Source of the DNA: an uncultured Alphaproteobacteria bacterium
GTDB lineage: Bacteria; Pseudomonadota; Alphaproteobacteria; JAJFIK01
Direction: 5' to 3'
Length of the DNA: 64,000 bases
NCBI GenBank assembly: GCA_964561475.1
Contig: CAZLPU010000002.1
Span: 20,707-84,706, forward strand
The notes below the pieces were generated by a model. The model searched no databases, had not been told where the DNA came from, and was given only the letters and a program-made list of their open reading frames with translations. Position 1 is the first letter of the stretch. Every line of letters starts with the position of its first letter. Shown here piece after piece: positions 21,163 through 29,632 of the stretch. The translations under genes were made by a program, and so were the position numbers.

Positions 21163-21388
21163 GATCACGAGGTAATCCGGCCCAGCCGGTCGGCAAACAG
21201 ACATCATTGCGTCCCTGCAGCCAGGTCCAAGCCACGACGCCCATCAACCCTGGCGCCAAAACCGGGCATGGCTATACTGTGACGACAAATGCAATGGTGG
21301 CAGCATGGTCTGCCGCGCGGCGAACAGCGACAGACGGGTTCGCATTCAGTTTCGAAGACCATTTCCGGGCAGGGGAGCAGGCTTTTCA

Positions 21389-22651
21389 ATGGAGGACGTG
21401 TTCGGGGACGGCGGTGACAAAGTGGGCCTGACATCGTTCTGGCGCCGGTTTGTTCGCCGGTATGTGCCCTCCCCCGACTTCACCGTGGACGACAACCCGG
21501 ACAACCGCCACCCGTTCATCAAGGACCTGCTGCATACGGACGCCTTTGGCCGGGGAACCCTTGGCGAAGAACTCCGCACCCGGTCTTTTCCCCTGATCGA
21601 GCCGGGTGCCGCCACTTTTCTGTGGCATGGCACCGCCGACACGGTCTGGCTGCGCCATTTCCTGTCCCTGCCCCGGGGCGGCTTTCCCTTCGAGCCCCTG
21701 ATCGGCAATGACCTCTGGCATCTGCGGCTGCGCATCCCGGACGGAACCCGCTTCGAGTACAAGATCGACATCGGCCGGGACGGTCGGGGGGAGTGGATCC
21801 ACGACCCTCTCAATCCCCTCGCGGCCACGGATCCGTTCGGCGGCAATTCCGTGTGCCAGGCCCATGGCTATCAGGCGCCGGAATGGGCGGTCCGGGATCC
21901 GGCGGCACGGAGGGGGCGCATCGAGCGGTTCTCCCTGGACAGCGCGGCGTTCGGAGAAAAACGGCCCCTCGGGGTTTATTTCCCGGCTGATTTTGTTTCC
22001 GGCCGGGCCTACCCGCTGGTGGTGGTCCATGACGGCTTTGACTATGTGAACCACGCCTCCCTCATTCCGATCCTCGACACCCTCATCCATCGCGGGGACA
22101 TTCCCCCGGTGGTTGCAGCCCTGACCCAGTCTCCGGACCGGCCAAAGGAATATGTCGACGATCCCAGCCACGCCGCTTTCATCAGTGAAGAAGTGCTGCC
22201 CGCCCTTGAATACCGGTGCGGCATCATGATCGATCCCCGTCAGCGCATTCTCATGGGTGCGAGCCTGGGTGCCGTCGCGGCCCTGTCCCTGGCGTCCCGG
22301 CTGACCCAGACTTTCGCCGGGGTCGTGCTCATGTCCGGATCCTTCATTTTTGACCGGAAGCTGCTGGAGACCCGTGGGGAGGTGTTCGCCCGGGTGTCAG
22401 CCTTCGTCGACAGTCTGCGGGAGGATGAATCCATCCTGCGCCGTGCCTTTATCTGCTGCGGACGGTATGAAGCCCTGGTGACCGAAAACCGGCGCCTGTC
22501 CGCCTTTCTCAGAAACAGCGGCGTCTCGTCCCGTTTTGTGGAAACGCTGGATGCCCATCACTGGCAGAACTGGCGGGACCAGACCCGCGCGGGCCTGATG
22601 TGGTGTCTTCAGCCCCGGGGCACACCCGGCGCGCCGGCCCATGGCATGTAA
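21389..22651 (+). CDS. Esterase (enterochelin-esterase-like) with an N-terminal CBM48/Ig-like domain
   Basis: RFEYK...DPLNP N-terminal domain, LVVVHDG, GASLG nucleophile motif and HHWQNW. Confidence 0.82.
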   Translation: MEDVFGDGGDKVGLTSFWRRFVRRYVPSPDFTVDDNPDNRHPFIKDLLHTDAFGRGTLGEELRTRSFPLIEPGAATFLWHGTADTVWLRHFLSLPRGGFPFEPLIGNDLWHLRLRIPDGTRFEYKIDIGRDGRGEWIHDPLNPLAATDPFGGNSVCQAHGYQAPEWAVRDPAARRGRIERFSLDSAAFGEKRPLGVYFPADFVSGRAYPLVVVHDGFDYVNHASLIPILDTLIHRGDIPPVVAALTQSPDRPKEYVDDPSHAAFISEEVLPALEYRCGIMIDPRQRILMGASLGAVAALSLASRLTQTFAGVVLMSGSFIFDRKLLETRGEVFARVSAFVDSLREDESILRRAFICCGRYEALVTENRRLSAFLRNSGVSSRFVETLDAHHWQNWRDQTRAGLMWCLQPRGTPGAPAHGM

Positions 22652-22780
22652 CCGGTTCGTCCGGAAAAGCGCCGCAGGCTGAGCATAGGGAACGTACTGG
22701 GCAGACCGGATGGATTCCGGCTGGCCGCTCCGGCAGGCGGGTGTCTTTCCGGGAAATGAGCGGCATTTGGGGAGGACGGC

Positions 22781-24022
22781 ATGGCCGATCGCACAAGAAC
22801 CATCGGGCTTTCACTGGGCGCCGACATCTGTTGGCCGATCTGCTACGAAACCTTGATGAAACAACTCGATCTGGCCATCCCCTGGGAAGGGGAGACCCTG
22901 CGGTTCAATGTGGAACGGGTCACCATCGAACCCTTCAGCATGCAGCAGCCCAGCCGGTATGACGTGGTCATCGACCGGCTCACCCACTGGTACCACCCCT
23001 CCCGGGAATGGATCAAGAAGGCCATCATCCTCAACGATCTGTATGTCTACAATAATCCCTGGTCCCTGCAATCCAACGAAAAACAGACCAGCTATTGCGG
23101 CATGATGCGTCTTGGGCTGCCCGTGCCCGAGACCTGGATGATCCCGCCCAAGGCCTATGAACACAGCGACGACCTGGAAGCGACACTCCGTCAGTATGCG
23201 CGCCATTTCGATCTGGGCGAGATCGGTCAGCGGATCGGCTATCCCCTGTTCATGAAGCCCTATGACGGTGGCGGCTGGCGGGGCGTGAACAAGATCGACG
23301 GGGAGCAGCAGTTGCGCCAGGCCTATGAGGAGAGCGGCAAGCTCGTGATGAACCTCCAGGCCGGCGTCATTCCTTACGATTACTTCGTGCGCTGCCTGGG
23401 CCTTGGGCCCCAGACCCGCTGCGTGAATTACGATCCCGGAGCCGCTCTCCATGACCGGTATGGGATGGATTATGACTTTCTCGATGCAGAAGACCGGTCC
23501 GTCCTTGAGGACATGACCCTGACCATCAACGCCTTTTTCGGCTGGGACTTCAATTCCTGCGAGGCCCTGCGCAAGGATGGGATCTGGTACCCCATCGATT
23601 TTGCCAATGCGTGTCCGGACAGTCAGGTGACCTCCCTTCATTTCCATTTCCCCTGGCTCATCAAGGCGAATATCCGCTGGTCCGTCTTCCGGGCCGCGAC
23701 CAGGCAGAAAATGCGCATGAACCTGGACTGGGCGCCGTTCTTTGAGATCGCCGAGCTGGATCTGCCGTTGCGCGAGAAGTTGCGGGCTTATGCGAAGCTG
23801 GCCCATGCCCGGTTCGACACGGAACGCTTCCACGAGTTCTGCGCCACCCATCTGGCGCATCTCGACGAAGTGGCGGAGACCTTTTTCCAGTCCGAGACCG
23901 CCTATGACGCGGTCCGGCAGAAGGTCACGGCCCTGTTTCCCTCCCATGAAGTGGAACCGTTCACCAACCTGTTCTGGAACCGCATCCAGGCGGGCATTGC
24001 GGCGGAAAGGACTGGGTCATGA
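22781..24022 (+). CDS. ATP-grasp (RimK/glutathione synthetase-like) ligase
   Basis: YPLFMKPYDGGGWRGV, FNSCE and IDFANACPD; GGAGG RBS. Confidence 0.85.
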   Translation: MADRTRTIGLSLGADICWPICYETLMKQLDLAIPWEGETLRFNVERVTIEPFSMQQPSRYDVVIDRLTHWYHPSREWIKKAIILNDLYVYNNPWSLQSNEKQTSYCGMMRLGLPVPETWMIPPKAYEHSDDLEATLRQYARHFDLGEIGQRIGYPLFMKPYDGGGWRGVNKIDGEQQLRQAYEESGKLVMNLQAGVIPYDYFVRCLGLGPQTRCVNYDPGAALHDRYGMDYDFLDAEDRSVLEDMTLTINAFFGWDFNSCEALRKDGIWYPIDFANACPDSQVTSLHFHFPWLIKANIRWSVFRAATRQKMRMNLDWAPFFEIAELDLPLREKLRAYAKLAHARFDTERFHEFCATHLAHLDEVAETFFQSETAYDAVRQKVTALFPSHEVEPFTNLFWNRIQAGIAAERTGS

Positions 24023-24747
24023 GAGAAGTGGCACGCTGGCATTCTCCCCGGGTCGAGCGGGAAATCACCGTGGCCCGTTGGGGTCATTGGGGCGTCCCTG
24101 TCCTCGTCTTTCCAACGGCGGGAGGTGATGCTCTCGAAATCGAACGCATGCAGATGATCGATGCCCTGTGGCCCATGATCGATGCGGGCCGGATCAAGAT
24201 CTATTCCGTGGACAGTATCGCCGGACGGGCCTGGGCGGAAAATCACCCCCGGGATTATTGCGCCGTGCTCCAGAACCGGTTCGACGCCTGCATTGCCGAG
24301 GAAGTGGTCCCGGCCATCCGCAGCGACTGCGGCGATCCTAACATCGAGATGATCACTGCGGGGGCCTCCATCGGTGCGTTCAATGCCATTGCTACCCTGT
24401 GCCGTCATCCGGATGTGTTCCGCATCGCCATCGGCATGTCGGGCACCTACGATCTGGAACGGCTGTTCGAGTTCCGGGGCGACATGGACTTCTACTTCGC
24501 CTCTCCCCTCCAGTTCGTTCCCAATCTGAAAGATGGCCCCCAGCTTCAATTGCTGCGCCACCGCTTCGCCCTCATGACCTTCGGACAGGGCCGGTGGGAA
24601 GATCCGGGCGAGTCCTGGCGCATGGCGGATGTTCTCGGCGCACAGGGCATTCCCAATCGGGTCGATCCCTGGGGCCATGAATGGGATCACACCTGGCCCA
24701 CTTGGCGCCAGATGCTGCCCCTCTATCTGGACGAATTCACCGGGTAA
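24019..24747 (+). CDS. Esterase family alpha/beta hydrolase
   Basis: GHWGVPVLVFPT, GASIG, MSGTYD and HTWPTW; ATGA overlap with the upstream gene. Confidence 0.87.
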   Translation: MREVARWHSPRVEREITVARWGHWGVPVLVFPTAGGDALEIERMQMIDALWPMIDAGRIKIYSVDSIAGRAWAENHPRDYCAVLQNRFDACIAEEVVPAIRSDCGDPNIEMITAGASIGAFNAIATLCRHPDVFRIAIGMSGTYDLERLFEFRGDMDFYFASPLQFVPNLKDGPQLQLLRHRFALMTFGQGRWEDPGESWRMADVLGAQGIPNRVDPWGHEWDHTWPTWRQMLPLYLDEFTG

Positions 24748-24818
24748 GGATGATCCTGGCAGGGGACGGCGGTCCCGGCCGCTGACTTGCACAGCACCCA
24801 GATTTTGGAGCCGATACG

Positions 24819-26039
24819 ATGAACGTGATTTTCCTTGAGCCCGCCTTTCCGGACAATCAGCGCGAATTCGTCCGGGCCTTGCACAGTATCGGCTGCAACG
24901 TCATCGGGATCGGTGAGCGGCCCTACGACTGGCTCGATGATGAGCTGAAACACTGGCTGGGGGGCTATGAACAGGTCCATTCGGTCACCGATGAAGGCGC
25001 CTTGATCCACGCGGTGCGCCAGATCCAGTCCCGGGTCTGGGTGGACCGGCTGGAGGTTGCGGTGGAGGCCCATGTGCTGGCGGCGGCCCGGGTGCGGGAA
25101 GCCACGGGCATCCCCGGCCTGTCGGCGCGGACCGCCTGGCTCTGCCGGGACAAGGCGGCCATGAAAGAAGTGCTGCGGGCGGCGGGCATCCCCTGTGCCG
25201 CCTCGGCGGGGATTTCCAGCATGGCCGAGGGGCGGGATTTCGCCCGGGCGGTCGGCTTTCCTCTGATCGTCAAGCCCCGCTCGGCGGCGGGCGCGGCGGG
25301 CACCCACCGGGCCAACACCCCCGACGAGCTGAACCATATTCTCCAGTCAACGGGCGTGGCGGATGGTGCCTCCGCCGTCATCGAGGAATTCATCGAGGGC
25401 CATGAAGGGTTCTACGATACCCTGACCATCAACGGCCAGATCCAGCACGACTTCATCAATCACTACTACCCCAATGTGCTCGAGGCCATGCGCACACGTT
25501 GGATCAGCCCCCAGATCATCTGTACCAACCGGATGGGGGCCGCTGCCTATCAGGAAATCTACGCCATGGGCCGCCGGGTAATCGAGGTTCTGGGCATCAC
25601 CACCGCCCCCACCCATATGGAGTGGTTCTTTGGCAACAAGGGGTTGAAGTTCTCGGAAATCGGCGCCCGTCCGCCCGGGGTCGGCCACTGGAACGTCTAT
25701 TGCTACGCCAATGAATTCGACATTTTCCGGGAATGGGCCCTGGCGGTCACCCATGGGGTGTCGGAGACCCGGCCCTCACGGCGCTATTCCTGCGGCATCA
25801 TCGCTCTGCGCCCGGACCATGACGGGGTGATCTCCCATTATGACGGCGCCGACGAAATCTGGCACCGGTTCGGGGAGAACATCTGTGCCCAGCATTTTCC
25901 CTCCCCCGGGACCCCGACCCAGGGGGTGGAGGCGGGCTACATGGCCAATGCCTGGATGCATGTGCGCCATGAAGACTACGACACCCTGCGCGGCATTCTT
26001 GACACCATCGGCCGGACCATCCAGGTCCGCGCCCGGTAA
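24819..26039 (+). CDS. ATP-grasp domain protein
   Basis: RDKAAMK, GFPLIVKP, EEFIEG, HMEWF and SEIGARPPG motifs. Confidence 0.9.
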   Translation: MNVIFLEPAFPDNQREFVRALHSIGCNVIGIGERPYDWLDDELKHWLGGYEQVHSVTDEGALIHAVRQIQSRVWVDRLEVAVEAHVLAAARVREATGIPGLSARTAWLCRDKAAMKEVLRAAGIPCAASAGISSMAEGRDFARAVGFPLIVKPRSAAGAAGTHRANTPDELNHILQSTGVADGASAVIEEFIEGHEGFYDTLTINGQIQHDFINHYYPNVLEAMRTRWISPQIICTNRMGAAAYQEIYAMGRRVIEVLGITTAPTHMEWFFGNKGLKFSEIGARPPGVGHWNVYCYANEFDIFREWALAVTHGVSETRPSRRYSCGIIALRPDHDGVISHYDGADEIWHRFGENICAQHFPSPGTPTQGVEAGYMANAWMHVRHEDYDTLRGILDTIGRTIQVRAR

Positions 26040-26076
26040 CAGGTCCAGGCCCAGTAACAGGCCCGGTAACAGGCCC
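26032..26076. repeat. Short tandem repeat CCC(G/A)GTAACAGG x3 spanning the gene stop
   Basis: Seen directly: cccggtaacagg tccagg cccagtaacagg cccggtaacagg ccc. Confidence 0.8.
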
Positions 26077-26077
26077 G

Positions 26078-27187
26078 TCAGTACACCACCACCGAGCGGA
26101 TGCTTTTGCCTTCATGCATCAGGTCGAAGGCGGTGTTGATCTCCTCCAGGGGCATGGTGTGGGTGATCAGGTCATCGATATTGACCCGCCCTTCCATGTA
26201 GAGATCGACAATGCCCGGCACATCCGTGCGGCCCCGGGCCCCGCCAAAGGCCGAGCCCCGCCAGACCCGTCCCGTCACAAGCTGGAAAGGCCGGGTGGCG
26301 ATCTCCTCCCCGGCGCCGGCGACACCAATGATCACGCTCTCCCCCCAGCCCTTGTGACAACACTCCAGGGCCTGGCGCATGACCTCCACATTCCCGATGC
26401 ATTCGAAACTGTAGTCGGCACCGCCTCCGGTCAGTTCCACCAGATGGGCAACCAGATCCCCGTCAACCGTGGACGGATTGACAAAGTCGGTCATGCCGAA
26501 CTGTTCCGCCAGGGGCCGTTTGGCTTCGTTGAGATCCACACCGACGATCTGCCGGGCTCCCACCAGCTTCAAGCCCTGGATCACATTGAGACCGATGCCG
26601 CCCAGGCCGAAGACCACGCAGCGGGCGTTGGGCTCCACCTTCGCGGTGAACATCACCGCGCCGAGCCCCGTGGTCACCCCGCAGCCGATATAGCAGATCT
26701 TGTCAAAGGGCGCGTCCTTGCGGACCTTGGCCAGGGCAATCTCCGGCAGCACGGTATGATTGGCGAAGGTAGATGTGCCCATGTAATGGAGGATCGGCTT
26801 TCCCTTGTAGGAAAAGCGGGAGGTGCCGTCGGGCATCACGCCTTTGCCCTGGGTGGTCCGGATTTTCTGGCACAGATTGGTCTTGGGGTGGAGACAGTAG
26901 TCACACTCCCGGCATTCAGGAGTGTACAGAGGAATAACGTGATCGCCCGGCGCAAGGGAGCTCACTCCGGGACCCACCTCCAGAACCACCCCAGCGCCTT
27001 CATGGCCGAGAATGGCGGGAAAGGCCCCTTCCGGATCTTTGCCGGACAGGGTGTAGGCGTCCGTGTGGCAAATGCCCGTAGCCTTGATCTCGACCAGCAC
27101 CTCCCCCGCCTTCGGACCTTCAAGATCCACTTCCACGATTTCCAGGGGGCTCGCCGCTTCGAAGGCCACCGCAGCTCTTGTTTTCAT
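26078..27187 (-). CDS. frmA: S-(hydroxymethyl)glutathione dehydrogenase / class III alcohol dehydrogenase
   Basis: [38 protein letters not shown] and GKSIRSVV motifs. Confidence 0.96.
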   Translation of the reverse strand: MKTRAAVAFEAASPLEIVEVDLEGPKAGEVLVEIKATGICHTDAYTLSGKDPEGAFPAILGHEGAGVVLEVGPGVSSLAPGDHVIPLYTPECRECDYCLHPKTNLCQKIRTTQGKGVMPDGTSRFSYKGKPILHYMGTSTFANHTVLPEIALAKVRKDAPFDKICYIGCGVTTGLGAVMFTAKVEPNARCVVFGLGGIGLNVIQGLKLVGARQIVGVDLNEAKRPLAEQFGMTDFVNPSTVDGDLVAHLVELTGGGADYSFECIGNVEVMRQALECCHKGWGESVIIGVAGAGEEIATRPFQLVTGRVWRGSAFGGARGRTDVPGIVDLYMEGRVNIDDLITHTMPLEEINTAFDLMHEGKSIRSVVVY

Positions 27188-27823
27188 CAGTGCTCTCCCG
27201 TGGTGTGCGCGCTCTGACCCGTAAGTGAGACGACGATCATGCTGACACGTTCCGCCGTACCATAGCGGATTGAGTCATGCAGGGTCCATCACGGCCCGCC
27301 CGGATCGGCTCTGCATGGGTCCGCGTGATTGGCCGAGCTGTCCGTCCCGATGCGGAACGACCGGTGATCCCGTCTGTTGAGAGCATCGGTCTGCGACCAC
27401 ATGCGCCAGCAGCTTCATTGGCGGCCGGTTCAACGGCGCTTTAATGTCAAACCGGGACGGCAATCCCCAACCGGATGAAGTGAATGGCCGAACTTCACAA
27501 TCACTTAGGCAAATCTGACAAATATGCGCGTCGGAGGTATCATCCACCACGGTTACTGTGTATCGACCAATCTGTCTCTGTATCCGCCTGGGTTGATGAC
27601 TTACTGGAGAGGTGTCCTCGTTGCCGGTTTGGTGGGATCATTGACGGCGATTTCAAGATGTCCAAAGGTCTAAAATCCGCAGAAGCCATAAGGTTATGGC
27701 CGGATTGTCCATGCCACTACCAGCAGATTTCAGATGACAGAATATGCTTAACCTTGATAAACCAACAGCGTACGACATAAACCTGCGTAAAGAACCACAA
27801 GAACTGTTCGATACAGGGACAAC

Positions 27824-28765
27824 ATGACGGAGAGACAGATGCTCAAACAGACCCTCTTGTCCGCCACTTGTGTTCTTGTTCTCGCTGCGTGTTCCGGCGA
27901 GCCGGCCACGGAGAGCGAGGCGGAAAGCACCACGACCACGACAGCCAGCGCCCCGGAAACCACCGCAACGACGCCGGAAGCTCCCGGCGAACCGACAGCC
28001 TCTGAAGATGCACCGGACGAGCCCGGTGCCGAGGAAGCCTCTGCCCAGGATCTGTGCCTGGATGCAGGCCCCCAGACCCCCCGGGACATCACCAACACCG
28101 CCGGTGAGAATACGGTCACCTTCCCCTTCGCTCCGGCGCCGTCAGAAATGAACCTGTGCAACATTCACACGCACACCAATGCGGAACACAAAGGGCCTGG
28201 CTACAGCGTGTTCGTGAATGCCACCGACTCCGGCGGTTACGCCTGTAACGGCACCGCCGACCTGAGCGACGCGGAACTGACCCCGGTCGATGGGGCCTTT
28301 GGCGGTGCCAAGCCCGGCGACACCATCGAAGTCCATTGGGTTCACACCACCTGCGGCAACGCTGCTCCCGGCGAAGGCCTGGGCGCCTGTGTGCCGGAAG
28401 GCTGCACCGATCCCCTGCTCCGGGTGGAAGCCCAGGTGTTCCTGGTCGTGAACGACGAAAATGCCCTGAACTTCATGGAGATGGGCTATGGCGGCACCAA
28501 CGATGCCGGATTCCATCAGGCCAGCATGATCCCGGACAATACCGGCACGCCGGTCGTGTTCCGCGGCTCCACCACTGGCCCGAGCTACGACCAGAAGACC
28601 TGCTCCCCAGCCCAGGTGACCTGGAGCGTGCGTCCCCAGTGCGCCAAGGTTGACATCAACTCCCTGCACGATTGGGCCGCCAGCGGCAACGTCTTCAACG
28701 AGACCGAATCCCACGGTGTGCGTCAGCTCGTGACCGCTCCGGAACTGCTTTCTCCGATCGAGTGA
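27824..28765 (+). CDS. Delta-class carbonic anhydrase-like lipoprotein
   Basis: Lipobox LVLAAC, acidic Thr/Glu linker, GPQTPRDI, NLCNIHTHTNAEH, GDTIEVHWVH, GSTTG and CSPAQVTW. Confidence 0.83.
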   Translation: MTERQMLKQTLLSATCVLVLAACSGEPATESEAESTTTTTASAPETTATTPEAPGEPTASEDAPDEPGAEEASAQDLCLDAGPQTPRDITNTAGENTVTFPFAPAPSEMNLCNIHTHTNAEHKGPGYSVFVNATDSGGYACNGTADLSDAELTPVDGAFGGAKPGDTIEVHWVHTTCGNAAPGEGLGACVPEGCTDPLLRVEAQVFLVVNDENALNFMEMGYGGTNDAGFHQASMIPDNTGTPVVFRGSTTGPSYDQKTCSPAQVTWSVRPQCAKVDINSLHDWAASGNVFNETESHGVRQLVTAPELLSPIE

Positions 28766-28781
28766 CGGGACAACTGTTTCA

Positions 28782-29501
28782 ATGATCTCAAGACTGACGA
28801 CACTTGCAGCCGTCGGGGCCATCATGGTCCTGACGGCACAGGAAACCTTTGCCCGGAACACCAGCGGTGTTTTCGGCGCCACGGTGGATGAGGGCGAGAA
28901 AGAGATTGAGTACCGGATCGCCTACGACCCAGACCTCAAGGATTTCAATCAGCGTGTTCATTATCAGCAGGCGGTGAATGGCAGCGTCCGCCTGAGGGGG
29001 ATCGTTCAGACCCGGGCCACCGACGACCGGGATTTCGATTTCGACTATGTCCGGGCGGAACTGCTCTGGCAGCTCACCCCCGATGGCAATTCCTGGGCCA
29101 GCGGTCTGCGTTTTGACGGACGGATCCGTGGTGATGACAGGCCTGCCCTGGTGGCGGTGAACTGGACCAATCAGTTCAAGCTCTCACCCCGTTTGAGCGC
29201 CCGGGCCATCGCCATTGCCGGGGTGGAAATCGGCCCTGGTCACAGCGAAGGTGTGCTCCTGGAGACCCGGGAGCGGCTCGCCTATGAGGTCACGGACGAT
29301 CTGAAGCTGGGTGTCGATATCTTCAACGAATACGGTTCCACGGCGGGCATTGACGATCTGGAAGATCAGGTGCACCAGATCGGCCCATTCGCATCGGTGG
29401 ATGTGGGCAGATCGTGGAACGTCTATGCCGGCGCCCTCTTTGGGGCCACCCAGGCATCGCCGGACACGGAACTTCGGCTGTTCATCATCCGGGAATTCTA
29501 A
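28782..29501 (+). CDS. Putative outer-membrane beta-barrel protein
   Basis: Signal peptide, alternating amphipathic strands and C-terminal Phe (IIREF). Starts 16 nt after the CA gene. Confidence 0.7.
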   Translation: MISRLTTLAAVGAIMVLTAQETFARNTSGVFGATVDEGEKEIEYRIAYDPDLKDFNQRVHYQQAVNGSVRLRGIVQTRATDDRDFDFDYVRAELLWQLTPDGNSWASGLRFDGRIRGDDRPALVAVNWTNQFKLSPRLSARAIAIAGVEIGPGHSEGVLLETRERLAYEVTDDLKLGVDIFNEYGSTAGIDDLEDQVHQIGPFASVDVGRSWNVYAGALFGATQASPDTELRLFIIREF

Positions 29502-29632
29502 AGCCGGTTTGTTGCTCACGCTGGGCAACACCTCCGCCGGGGCGGCGCAGGGGCCCGGTCGAGGTCGGAGCGTGATCCGGCGTGGTGCGATCACGGTCCA
29601 GCATCCCGACATTCAGGCACAATCAAGCTCCT

